A stretch of DNA of 64,000 nt from a bacterium (GTDB lineage Bacteria; Bacteroidota; Ignavibacteria; UBA10030). A model generated the notes under the pieces. The model was not told the DNA's origin and ran no database searches. It saw nothing but the letters and a program-made list of their open reading frames with translations. Positions 27,311-36,912 of this stretch are shown here, piece after piece. Each line of letters opens with the position of its first letter. Position 1 is the first letter of the stretch. Location: the NCBI GenBank assembly GCA_043803945.1, contig JAZDJN010000054.1, positions 96,001 to 160,000 on the forward strand, in the 5' to 3' direction. The position numbers were made by a program, and so were the translations under genes.

Positions 27311-29326
27311 ATGAATCAATTACGAACTTCTATCCTCACCTCTGTGGTAATGATGTGCTGCTCAATTGCAGTATCACAGGAGCAACATGCATCTGCAACT
27401 GTGCAGGAGCACAACATTTCTGCGGCGACTGCACAGACAGCGTCAGGGCTTTTGTACCAGAGCGAGGCAGCCAGTGAGATCAACCTGCGTGAGCGTGAGG
27501 AACAGGATGACCCATCGTATACACAGTATAAGGCTGGCTACAAGTGTATTCTCGATGAACAATTCGAGAAAGCACGACAACTATTTTCCGAGATGATAAA
27601 AAAATATCCGAAGAGCAAGCATCTCGATAAAGCAGAGTATTGGTCAGCGTATTCCTGGAAAAACAGTGACAGAAAGAAAGCATCGAGTGCCTTCAAAGCG
27701 TTTATCAAAAAATATCCCTCGAGCAGCTATTTTGATGATGCCATTGCAGAACTCACCAATCTCCAGGGCGGTGAAAAAAATCTTGGTGGATCAATGGGGA
27801 TAGCCTATCCCACTGGAAGTTATTCCCTGAGTGCGGAGCGATACTATCTTGAGGCACAGGAAGCAAAAGCTCGATCGCTCTTCCAATCCCAATATCAAGT
27901 GGTTCAAAAGTATAACATGGATCAGAATGCCAAGGAGTTAGTTCAACGCTACAAGTCGCAGGTGAGTGCAGCAGCCGGATTATCGTATAGCACCAGTGCA
28001 GAAGTAAAAAAGGAAGATCCGAAACTCAGAATGAAACGGGAAGCTCTCCAGGCTCTTGTTCGTTCCAATAAAGATGAGAAGACATTCGAAGTCGTCAAAG
28101 CGATGGTGTTCGATAGCACTCAGCCTGAAAGCATACGCGAAACAGCACTCCAGGCTCTCACGCAATTCAATAAGAAGGAGCTGACAGAAATCTATTTGCA
28201 ATTCATGAAGAGCGATGCCCCAAACAAATTGAAACAACGCGCACTATATGCAATGGCTTCGTCGGGAAAGGATAATGAAAAAGTATTCCAGATGATCAAG
28301 CAGGTGGCCCTTGATACCAAGGAGGATGAAGAGATGCGGCAGGCAGCGCTCCATGCTCTTCAATTTGTGAGTGATTCTGCAGCGGTGGGTCTCTATACCC
28401 AGATAGCCAATCAAGATGCTGATAAGAAAATTCGCTCATCAGCGGTCTATAAACTCGGCTCCATGCATCGCTCAGATGATCCACGGATCTTTGAAGCGAT
28501 CAAAGAGTTTGCATTGAATCAACAAGCCGAACCAGAGGTGCGTGAAGCGGCACTCTACTCCCTCAGACAATTTGAAAAGAAGAAGGTCCTCGATACCTTC
28601 CTCAAGATAGCGAAAACTGATCCGGATATAAAAATCAGAGTCATTGCAATCAGGAATTTGATGGGGAGTTCAGAGGATCCTCAAGCGGCAAGCTTCCTCA
28701 AAGAAGTTATCCTCAATAAAGAGAGCGATTACCAGGAAAAAGAAGCTGCACTCTATTCCATTGAAACAACGAAAGAGGGCGGACATGAACAGCTCTATGC
28801 CGAAATCTTAAAGAGTTCATCGGACGAACGATTCCGAGAAATGGCCTTACATTTACTGGTCAGAGCGAATAAAGATAATCCCTCTAAAAATCTCCAGATT
28901 CTGCGCGAAATAATTTTGGATCTATCGAAACCTAATCGTCTCCGCGAGGGTGCACTTGCAAGTCTCGCCTCATTGCGCAATGATGCCGCTCTCAGCTTAT
29001 TGCTCGAAGTCGCAAAATCGGAAAAGGATGAGCGAATTAAGACGGCTGCAATTTACCAGATCGCCAATAGCAGCAAGAACAAAGCTAAATCGTTGGAGAC
29101 ATTAATTTCTCTCTTCGATTCTCTCGACAAGAAATCGTCTCAAGTTGCCCCCAGCCTCCTCTATGCGATCGCATCAATTGGAACGGAGCAAGCCGTTGAC
29201 TTCCTCGCAAAGGTTGCAAAAACCCATGAGAACATGGATCTGCGTCAACAGGCTGTTGCGTTCCTAGGAAACATTGGTGGTGAGAAAGCCAGAAATGTTC
29301 TCCTCGATATTCTGAAGGAGAAGTGA
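27311..29326 (+). CDS. Exported TPR plus HEAT-repeat protein
   Basis: Signal peptide; BamD-like KYPKS/KYPSS TPRs; about 12 HEAT repeats (IRETALQAL, VREAALYSL, LRQQAVAFLG). Confidence 0.8.
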   Translation: MNQLRTSILTSVVMMCCSIAVSQEQHASATVQEHNISAATAQTASGLLYQSEAASEINLREREEQDDPSYTQYKAGYKCILDEQFEKARQLFSEMIKKYPKSKHLDKAEYWSAYSWKNSDRKKASSAFKAFIKKYPSSSYFDDAIAELTNLQGGEKNLGGSMGIAYPTGSYSLSAERYYLEAQEAKARSLFQSQYQVVQKYNMDQNAKELVQRYKSQVSAAAGLSYSTSAEVKKEDPKLRMKREALQALVRSNKDEKTFEVVKAMVFDSTQPESIRETALQALTQFNKKELTEIYLQFMKSDAPNKLKQRALYAMASSGKDNEKVFQMIKQVALDTKEDEEMRQAALHALQFVSDSAAVGLYTQIANQDADKKIRSSAVYKLGSMHRSDDPRIFEAIKEFALNQQAEPEVREAALYSLRQFEKKKVLDTFLKIAKTDPDIKIRVIAIRNLMGSSEDPQAASFLKEVILNKESDYQEKEAALYSIETTKEGGHEQLYAEILKSSSDERFREMALHLLVRANKDNPSKNLQILREIILDLSKPNRLREGALASLASLRNDAALSLLLEVAKSEKDERIKTAAIYQIANSSKNKAKSLETLISLFDSLDKKSSQVAPSLLYAIASIGTEQAVDFLAKVAKTHENMDLRQQAVAFLGNIGGEKARNVLLDILKEK

Positions 29327-29358
29327 TTCTCACACAAGAGTTGTGATCACTGATCCAC

Positions 29359-29388
29359 AAAGCCCCGGGAAGTTCTTCCGGGGCTTTT
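29359..29388 (+). terminator. Intrinsic terminator, probably bidirectional
   Basis: aaagccccggga...tccggggctttt. Confidence 0.75.
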
Positions 29389-29424
29389 ATTCTTTATTGG
29401 GTCTAATACCCCGACGCTTGCGTC

Positions 29425-29568
29425 GTCATTCCGGCCCGCCTGCCGGCGAGGCAGGCGAAAGCTGGAATCTAGAAACTGGATGCCAGCCTGCCTGCCAACC
29501 TGTCCGCCGGAGCTTTGCGTAGGCGGAAGTGCCTGGCACGCAGGCAGGTAAAGACATTCGGGTGTGAC
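29425..29568. mobile_element. REP-like hairpin doublet carrying nested micro-insertions
   Basis: gtcattccgg[cccgcctgccggcgaggcagg]cgaaagctggaatctag-aaa-ctggatgccag[cctgcctgccaa[cctgtccgccggagctttgcgtaggcgga]agtgcctggcacgcaggcagg]taaagacattcgggtgtgac. Confidence 0.7.
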
Positions 29569-29603
29569 AGTTATTTTCTTTTTGGATAACCGCATGTTTA
29601 GTT

Positions 29604-30716
29604 TTAAAGATGCGGGCTTCTGACAAAATATTTGCCGGGCAGTTGTGTAACGACTCCTTTAAATTCCAGGGAGAGCAGTTGCACCAATGCATCGGATGTC
29701 GAGGTTTCGGCTTGTTCTGCGAGAGTATCGATATGTATTGGCTCGGCCGAGAGGCACTCAAAGATCGCCCGTTCGAAAAGAGTGAGTGTGATTGTCGGAA
29801 GAGCCTCATGCACGCGTTCCTTTTTAAGCAAAGGGCGGAATTGCAGCTCAAGCTCGCTCAGAACATCCTCGGCAGAGAGAACAAGTTTTGCCCGTCCTTC
29901 CCGGATTAGTGTATTTGGTCCCGCACTACGTTTCTCATTGATGTTCCCCGGTACGGCAAAGACCTCCCGATTTTGATCCAACGCTGTTGATGCAGTAATC
30001 ATGGCACCTCCGTCAATTGCCGATTCAATCACGATGGTGCCGAACGTCATTCCACTTATAATTCTGTTCCGTCGCGGAAAATTTGTTGCATCGGGCTTGG
30101 CTCCCATGGGAAATTCAGAAATGATCGCGCCATGTTCAGCAATCCGCTCCATCAGTTTTTGATTCTCCGGGGGATAAGGGATGTCAATCCCCGAGCCAAT
30201 GACGGCAATCGTCCTGCAATGGGTGCTCACACAGTTCGAATGAGCAATGGTATCGATCCCTCTTGCAAGACCGCTTACAATGGTAACGCCGAGAGTGGAG
30301 AGTTCTTTCGTAAACATTTCGGCGATCATCCGGCCGTAGTGCGAAGGTGCGCGTGTTCCGACGATCGCGATGGCAAACCGATCCTCCACCTTCAATTTTC
30401 CCAATACAAAGATGAAGGCAGGAGGGTCATAGATCTTTTTTAAGAGATCGGGGTACTCCTTTTCCCATATCGTAATTATTCTGCCACCGGTGTTGTTCAA
30501 TCGTTTCAACTGTTGGGTCGCGAATTGGTTGCCGGTCTTGTGATGGGCAATGCTGGAGGCAAGTTTTTTTTCGATTCCCTGAACCTGAATCAATTCCCGC
30601 GGCGATGCTTGCAGCACTTCTGCAGGCCCGCCGAAGTGTGCTACAAGCGCGCGAATTTTATGAGGTCCTATACGCGGAACGGAGGAGAGAGCAAGCAGCT
30701 CTTTGACATTGATCAT
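29604..30716 (-). CDS. dprA: DNA-processing protein DprA
   Basis: AIVGTR, VSGLARGID, FPRRNRIISG and REVFAVPG motifs; C-terminal winged helix. Confidence 0.96.
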   Translation of the reverse strand: MINVKELLALSSVPRIGPHKIRALVAHFGGPAEVLQASPRELIQVQGIEKKLASSIAHHKTGNQFATQQLKRLNNTGGRIITIWEKEYPDLLKKIYDPPAFIFVLGKLKVEDRFAIAIVGTRAPSHYGRMIAEMFTKELSTLGVTIVSGLARGIDTIAHSNCVSTHCRTIAVIGSGIDIPYPPENQKLMERIAEHGAIISEFPMGAKPDATNFPRRNRIISGMTFGTIVIESAIDGGAMITASTALDQNREVFAVPGNINEKRSAGPNTLIREGRAKLVLSAEDVLSELELQFRPLLKKERVHEALPTITLTLFERAIFECLSAEPIHIDTLAEQAETSTSDALVQLLSLEFKGVVTQLPGKYFVRSPHL

Positions 30717-30830
30717 AACAATAACCCTGTGAACGGTGCGATAAAGGAAGACGAACGAAACAGCAATAAAAACTATCTGAACAGTTTTACCCCTCCACGT
30801 CTATTGATGTATTACCAATGTAAAAAGCCA

Positions 30831-32195
30831 TTACAGTGAAAATACTTTTTCCTTCAATTGCTTTACAAGCTGATCCGCCTGATCCTTCTGCGGAGCCTCG
30901 GCAATTAGGCGAATAATCGGTTCGGTGTTCGATTTACGCAGATGAATCCAATAGTCAGGAAAATCTATTTTCAAGCCATCCTCTGTATTGATCGCTGCGG
31001 AGCTGGAATACTGGTCCTGGATTATTTTTAACACTTCATCAGGATTCAATGAGGCTATGTTCACTTTCCCCTTTGAGATAAAATACTGGGGAAGGCTTTT
31101 CTTCAACTCGGACATCGTTCCTCCGAACTCGACAAGGTGTTGCAGGGCGAGTCCAATACCCACAGGAGCATCTCTTCCAATGTGCGAGGCCGGCAGAATG
31201 ACACCGCCGCTTCCTTCTCCACCAACAAGTGCCCCAATCTCCTTCATCTTTTTTGCCACATTGATTTCGCCAACCGGAGTTCGATGCACACGCGCTCCAT
31301 AGAGTGCTGCAATATCATCGACGGCTCTTGTGGTGGAAAGGTTGACGACCACCTCTGCATTCCGAATTTTCTGAGCTTCTTTTCCAAGAACGAATTTGAT
31401 GATACTGGCAATGGTGTACTCTTCACCGATAGGCTCACCATGCTCGTCTATCAGCACGAGGCGATCAACATCAGGATCCACTGCGATGCCAAGGTCTGCC
31501 CCCGCAATTTTCACTTGCTCACATAAGGATGTCAAATTCTCTGGAATGGGTTCCGGAGTATGTGAGAATATTCCGGAGAGATTTGTATTCATCTCAACGA
31601 GTTCGCATCCAAACTCCCGGAGCAGTTGTGGAATAATCCGACCTCCGGCGGCGTTGACGCAATCCACAACAACTTTTAGTTTCCTTTTCTGAATTGCCTC
31701 CTGGTCGATATAGGGGAGAGCGAGAACATTGAGGATATGCTGGTCGATAAAACAATCATCGTGAATATACGAGCCTTGAGCGTTCCAAGGTGTGTACTTC
31801 CATCGTCTGGAATTTGCTATATCCCAAAAATCTTTATTCTCACCCGGATCGAGAAAGAGTCCTGTATAAGACATGAATTTGAGTCCATTCCATTCGATGG
31901 GATTATGGCTGGCAGTAATGGAGATTCCTCCTGCGGCGCGTTTTTTCTCGACACCAAGCTGAACAGTTGGAGTTGGACAGACACCAATATCGAGGACATC
32001 GCAGCCCATAGAAAGAAGAGTTGAGATAACAAGGTTGGAAATGGATGCCCCTGTAATTCTTCCATCCCTCCCGACCACAACCAATCCCCGATTACAATAT
32101 TCACTATACGCTGCTGCATATTTGATGATGACTTCGGGAGTCAGGCTTTCGCCGACGATCCCGCGAATTCCGGAAATACTCACCATTAATGACAT
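30831..32195 (-). CDS. glmM: Phosphoglucosamine mutase / phosphomannomutase family protein
   Basis: ISGIRG, TASHNP, DPDVDR, GGEGSGG and RKSNTEP motifs; start at MSLMVS. Confidence 0.85.
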   Translation of the reverse strand: MSLMVSISGIRGIVGESLTPEVIIKYAAAYSEYCNRGLVVVGRDGRITGASISNLVISTLLSMGCDVLDIGVCPTPTVQLGVEKKRAAGGISITASHNPIEWNGLKFMSYTGLFLDPGENKDFWDIANSRRWKYTPWNAQGSYIHDDCFIDQHILNVLALPYIDQEAIQKRKLKVVVDCVNAAGGRIIPQLLREFGCELVEMNTNLSGIFSHTPEPIPENLTSLCEQVKIAGADLGIAVDPDVDRLVLIDEHGEPIGEEYTIASIIKFVLGKEAQKIRNAEVVVNLSTTRAVDDIAALYGARVHRTPVGEINVAKKMKEIGALVGGEGSGGVILPASHIGRDAPVGIGLALQHLVEFGGTMSELKKSLPQYFISKGKVNIASLNPDEVLKIIQDQYSSSAAINTEDGLKIDFPDYWIHLRKSNTEPIIRLIAEAPQKDQADQLVKQLKEKVFSL

Positions 32196-32352
32196 ATTCG
32201 GCTCCGACGATGAATGCTTATTAAATTTACACATTGGGAGCTGGAGATGCAATAAATGCACGATTCACCGGGTCAAGACACAATTCAGTGTACAGGAATC
32301 TTGACACTGATGAGCGACATCATTAATTTGGTATAAGCGATCTGGAGGTACT

Positions 32353-32919
32353 ATGAATCTTACCAATGCTGAAAAAAAAGAGTTATTGACAATCGCACGT
32401 TCCTCGATAGCGTCTGGCGTAAAAGGCGCGCGAAACCAAAATCCTAGCCCATCGTCGGACACACTTCAAATTCCCTGTGGCGCGTTTGTGACACTGAAGC
32501 TCCACGGCGAACTTCGAGGATGCATCGGCTACATCGAACCCAGGGTTCCCCTCTATAAGACAATTGGCGATGTTGCTCGTAAAGCAGCATTTGAGGATCC
32601 AAGATTTCTTCCACTCCTTGAGTCAGAATTCAACGAGATCGAAATAGAAATCTCCGTGATGTCACCATTGCAGGAGATCAGCGATCCGGAGGAAATTATC
32701 GTCGGAACGCATGGACTGGTTGTCGATGCAGGGTACACCCGCGGGTTACTGCTTCCGCAAGTAGCAACTGAGTACGGATGGAATCGCGACACATTTTTAA
32801 TGCACACATGTAAGAAAGCTGGTTTGCCGGGAGATGCCTGGCAAAAGAAAAATGTAACGCTCTTTATTTTTACCTCGGCTGTATTTTCTGAATCTGAACT
32901 CGAACATCATCACCCCTAA
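32353..32919 (+). CDS. AMMECR1-domain protein (AmmeMemoRadiSam protein A)
   Basis: GAFVTL...LRGCIG, AAFEDPRF, GLLLPQVA, CKKAGL motifs. Confidence 0.93.
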   Translation: MNLTNAEKKELLTIARSSIASGVKGARNQNPSPSSDTLQIPCGAFVTLKLHGELRGCIGYIEPRVPLYKTIGDVARKAAFEDPRFLPLLESEFNEIEIEISVMSPLQEISDPEEIIVGTHGLVVDAGYTRGLLLPQVATEYGWNRDTFLMHTCKKAGLPGDAWQKKNVTLFIFTSAVFSESELEHHHP

Positions 32920-32930
32920 ACTGTAGTGAT

Positions 32931-33752
32931 ATGAAACCAATTCGACCTGCTGCCGTTGCCGGTACGTTTTATACTAATAATCCTGCCCTCTTGCGAAAAG
33001 AGGTGGAGGCGTTTTTAATACCTCGTGAACCGGTTTCACTTCCCGGCATGGTGCGCGGTTTGGTCTCTCCTCATGCAGGATATCTCTATTCTGGTGCAAC
33101 GGCGGGCGCGGGGTACAGTTTGATAAAAGGACACAGCTACGATACAGTCTTCATCGTCAGTCCAAGCCATCGGGAATTTTTCAACGCTGTCTCAATCTTC
33201 CCCGGGGAAGCATATCAAACGCCGCTGGGGAATGTTCCCATCGATACCGAAGCACGGGAACATCTGATCTCTAACTGCTCCTGCGTTATTGAGTCGGAAG
33301 CTGGACATCGGACGGAGCATGCCGTTGAAGTACAATTGCCTTTTCTCCAGGTTGCATTGGGTTCCTTCCGATTTGTACCGCTTGTTATTGGAAATCAAAG
33401 ACGCGATCTCTGCTACCAGCTTGGCGAGGCTCTTGCATCGTACGCCAGGGGCAGGAATTGTCTGTTCATCGCCAGCAGCGATCTTTCTCACTTTCATCCC
33501 TATGATGTAGCGCAAAGCCTTGACCGCAGAGTAATCCGTGCCATTGAAGCTTTCGATGAAGATGAGTTCATGAATCAATTAGAACTGGAAAAGATGGAAG
33601 CTTGCGGAGGCGGTCCGATTGTGACAGTAATGGTTGCCGCGAAGCTGCTCGGCTGTTCTCAGGCTAAAAAGATTCACTACTGTAATTCCGGCGATGTTAC
33701 AAGTGATAAGACAGGTGTGGTCGGTTATCTCTCTGCCGTATTTTCCAATTGA
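32931..33752 (+). CDS. MEMO1-family protein (AmmeMemoRadiSam protein B)
   Basis: RPAAVAGTFY, PHAGYLYSG, EHAVEVQLPFLQ, SSDLSHF and ACG motifs. Confidence 0.93.
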   Translation: MKPIRPAAVAGTFYTNNPALLRKEVEAFLIPREPVSLPGMVRGLVSPHAGYLYSGATAGAGYSLIKGHSYDTVFIVSPSHREFFNAVSIFPGEAYQTPLGNVPIDTEAREHLISNCSCVIESEAGHRTEHAVEVQLPFLQVALGSFRFVPLVIGNQRRDLCYQLGEALASYARGRNCLFIASSDLSHFHPYDVAQSLDRRVIRAIEAFDEDEFMNQLELEKMEACGGGPIVTVMVAAKLLGCSQAKKIHYCNSGDVTSDKTGVVGYLSAVFSN

Positions 33753-34007
33753 GCGAACTCTTCATCATTTCTTGAACCGATTCTGCATGGCCTACAGCAG
33801 AGAACACCCGCGACGGTGTTTTGCAGCTCATATTCCATAAGAGGAAATATTTTCTTACTATCATATTGTTCATGTTAGATTTAGTACTTTTTAGAGAACA
33901 CGGCATTAAGCTTTTAGATCCGGCGGGTCTATATGCCTGCTCGGAAACATCAACAGGAGGGTTCCCTGAAGAAATAAGATCGGAGAACGAACCAGAACAT
34001 CAAATTC

Positions 34008-34811
34008 ATGCAAATCGATTACCATACCCATACATCTCTTTGTAAGCATGCAACGGGAGATGTCGAAGATTATATTAAGAAGGCAATTGAACTCGGTTTT
34101 AAAGAAATCGGCTGTTCCGACCATACACCCTTGCCATTCAATTTTGATTTAAGGCATCGGATGACGCTGGAACAATATGAAACAGAGTATGCCCCTTCAG
34201 TCTCGGTAATGCAAGAGAAGTATGGGAAGAAGATTGCTATCAGGCGGGGACTTGAAGCAGATTTCTTCCCGGGAACAGAAGACTGGATGAGGCAATTCAT
34301 CGCTGAGCATGAGTTCGATTACGTTATTGGATCTGTTCATTCGCTTGGCACACTGGAAACTGAAAAACCTCTGTTCGGTGGAGCTTCCTATGACCCAGAA
34401 GAACTAGAGGTTCTTCAGCTTGAATTCTATGATGCTGTAAGGCGCTCAGTGGAATCAGGGATGTTTGATATCATTGGACATTGTGACATAGTAAAAAAGT
34501 TCGGTGCGGTTAATAGCAGCAATATAAAAGATTCTCAGAGAACAGCTCTAGAAACCATTAAGAAGCATGAACTCTGTATCGAATTGAATACTTCCGGATG
34601 GAGGAAGCCGGAGCAGGAATCGTATCCTGGCGGGCAAATTCTTTCAATTGTCAAAGAACTGAATATACCCATCACCATCGGGTCCGATTCCCACCGGCCA
34701 GAAGATGTTGGCAGCCACTACCATCTTCTCGGCGATCTGATAGAACGCTATGCTGGCGGGAAGATTTCCATCTTTAAAAAGCGTGAACGTGAGGAAGTGA
34801 AGTTCGGTTGA
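34008..34811 (+). CDS. PHP-family histidinol-phosphatase (HisJ-like)
   Basis: DYHTHT..C.HA, SDH, GLEAD, IGSVH, GHCD, ELNTSG and GSDSH motifs. Confidence 0.85.
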   Translation: MQIDYHTHTSLCKHATGDVEDYIKKAIELGFKEIGCSDHTPLPFNFDLRHRMTLEQYETEYAPSVSVMQEKYGKKIAIRRGLEADFFPGTEDWMRQFIAEHEFDYVIGSVHSLGTLETEKPLFGGASYDPEELEVLQLEFYDAVRRSVESGMFDIIGHCDIVKKFGAVNSSNIKDSQRTALETIKKHELCIELNTSGWRKPEQESYPGGQILSIVKELNIPITIGSDSHRPEDVGSHYHLLGDLIERYAGGKISIFKKREREEVKFG

Positions 34812-34877
34812 TGAGCATTCGGAATTTCCCGCTGATGTTACGCAAGGGACGGTTTTTACTCGATAGAATATTAGTTG

Positions 34878-34903
34878 AACGCCAAGGACACGAAGGACGC
34901 CAA
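34878..34903. repeat. Solo arm of the 9-nt-periodic hairpin family
   Basis: aacgccaag gacacgaag gacgccaag. Confidence 0.55.
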
Positions 34904-35014
34904 GGTAATAATTGAAATGAACAAAAGAGTGCAAAAAACAGGCGCTGGATTTTTTTCATACTGCATAAGCGAGATTGATATCAAGGATCATAATACTGAA
35001 AAGGAGATCGAGCA

Positions 35015-36079
35015 TTGAAGGCCCTAATTGCGAGCGGAGGCCGCGGAACCCGTCTGCGCCCCATTACCCATACACGAAACAAACACCTCATACCGGTGGC
35101 AAACAAGCCAATTCTCTACTACGCCATCGAAGCGGCGGTTGAAGCAGGTATCAAGGATATTGGCATTGTCTATAGTGCCGAGAGCACCGAAGTCCCTGAG
35201 TACATCGGCACTGGATCGAAATGGGGGATTCAAATCACCTACATCCCGCAAGTGACTCCGGGAGGACTAGCCCAGGTAGTTCAACTGGCAGAATCGTACA
35301 TTGGTGGAGATGATTTTATTTTCTACCTAGGCGATAACATGGTTGTCGGTGGTTTGAAACGCTTTATTGATGAATTTGAAAAACAACAATGCAATTGTCT
35401 GTTGACGTTGGCAAAAGTGAAAGACCCCCAGCGATTTGGTGTCCCTGAACTTCGTGATGGGAAAATCGTCGGCGTAGAGGAGAAACCAAATAACCCGAAG
35501 AGTAATTTTGCCGTTGCCGGCATCTATATCTATGATAGCCATATCTTTGAAGCGGTGAAATCACTCAAACCCAGCGGGAGAGGTGAACTGGAAATTTCGG
35601 ATGCTCATCAGTATCTCATCGATCATGGTTTCCATGTCGGTTACTCCGAAATTACCGGCTGGTGGAAAGACACTGGCAAACCGAGTGACCTTCTCGAAGC
35701 AAATCGTTTGGTGCTTGATAATATTACCACTTCCCTTGAGGGCGAAGTGGATACACAGTCAGATATCACAGGGAGAGTTGTGCTTGAGCGGGGAGCGAAG
35801 ATAATCAACAGTAAAGTTCGTGGTCCGGCAATCATCGGCAAGGATGTGATTATTGAAAATAGTTTTATCGGGCCATTTACTTCTATCGGCGACCGGTCTG
35901 AAATTCGAAACAGCGAAGTAGAGTACAGTATTATCCTTCGTGACTGTAAAATTCTTAGTGTTGGCATTCGTATTGAGGGAAGTATTCTCGGCAATGATGT
36001 TGAAGTAGTGAAAGCGAGTGGAAAGCCAAACGTTCACAGGTTCATGATCGGTGATCAAAGCCGGGTAGAAGTAGCATAA
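35015..36079 (+). CDS. Glucose-1-phosphate thymidylyltransferase, long form
   Basis: GGRGTRLRPIT, YLGDN, EEKP, RGELEISDA, WWKDTG motifs; C-terminal beta-helix. Confidence 0.92.
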   Translation: MKALIASGGRGTRLRPITHTRNKHLIPVANKPILYYAIEAAVEAGIKDIGIVYSAESTEVPEYIGTGSKWGIQITYIPQVTPGGLAQVVQLAESYIGGDDFIFYLGDNMVVGGLKRFIDEFEKQQCNCLLTLAKVKDPQRFGVPELRDGKIVGVEEKPNNPKSNFAVAGIYIYDSHIFEAVKSLKPSGRGELEISDAHQYLIDHGFHVGYSEITGWWKDTGKPSDLLEANRLVLDNITTSLEGEVDTQSDITGRVVLERGAKIINSKVRGPAIIGKDVIIENSFIGPFTSIGDRSEIRNSEVEYSIILRDCKILSVGIRIEGSILGNDVEVVKASGKPNVHRFMIGDQSRVEVA

Positions 36080-36883
36080 ATGACGGAAGAGAGAAAAGCG
36101 ATGGGATACGACACAATACTTTTAGAGAAAAGAGATCGATTGGCAATTGTGACAATCAATCGGCCTGATAAACTCAACGCGCTCAATTTTCAGGCAAAGG
36201 TAGAATTGAAACATCTCTTCGACCAACTGAAGATTGACCCGGATGTCGATGTGGTCATTCTCACCGGTGCCGGTGAAAAGGCATTTGTGGCGGGCACGGA
36301 TATTAAGGAATTGACTGAACTCAACGCAAAGACCGGAACATCGTTTTCACATACGGGTCAGGCTGTCTTTCAACTCATTGAGGAACTCGGGAAGCCGGTG
36401 ATTGCCGCTGTCAATGGATTCGCACTAGGTGGAGGTGCCGAACTTGCACTTGCCTGTCATATCAGGATTGCTTCTGAGAATGCAAAGTTTGGCCAGCCGG
36501 AGGTGAACCTCGGCATTATTCCGGGGTACGGTGGAACCCAACGCCTCCCTCGATTAGTTGGAAGAGGAAAAGCGTTGGAGATGATTCTCACCGGCGATCC
36601 CATCGATGCGCAGGAAGCGTTGCGCATCGGACTGGTGAATAAGGTAGTTCCATTAACTGAATTGATGGACACTGCCATAACCATGGGGAAGAAGATTAGC
36701 GCAAAAGGTCAGATGGCCATCCGGCTTGCATTGCAGTGTATTAAGGCTGCGGAGGAAATGAGCCTCTCGGAAGGATTGGCATTGGAATCAAAGTTGTTTG
36801 GCGAATGTTGTGGGAGTGAGGATTTCAAGGAAGGCACTACTGCCTTTTTGGAGAAACGCAAACCACAATTTAAGAATCGATAA
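36080..36883 (+). CDS. Enoyl-CoA hydratase (crotonase family)
   Basis: NRPDKLNAL, AFVAGTDI, GGGAELALAC, GQPEVNLGIIPGYGGTQRL motifs. Confidence 0.92.
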   Translation: MTEERKAMGYDTILLEKRDRLAIVTINRPDKLNALNFQAKVELKHLFDQLKIDPDVDVVILTGAGEKAFVAGTDIKELTELNAKTGTSFSHTGQAVFQLIEELGKPVIAAVNGFALGGGAELALACHIRIASENAKFGQPEVNLGIIPGYGGTQRLPRLVGRGKALEMILTGDPIDAQEALRIGLVNKVVPLTELMDTAITMGKKISAKGQMAIRLALQCIKAAEEMSLSEGLALESKLFGECCGSEDFKEGTTAFLEKRKPQFKNR

Positions 36884-36912
36884 CACCACTATTGTGAAAC
36901 GAGAAGGATCGA

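Noticed and set aside
29347-29851. Minus-strand ORFs with LPAC/RQAG peptides
   Set aside because: They are translations of the palindromic micro-elements and overlap dprA
33753-34007. Possible ncRNA or small ORFs between the MEMO1 gene and the PHP phosphatase
   Set aside because: No recognisable RNA family motif, and the ORFs lack an RBS or any homology I can recognise
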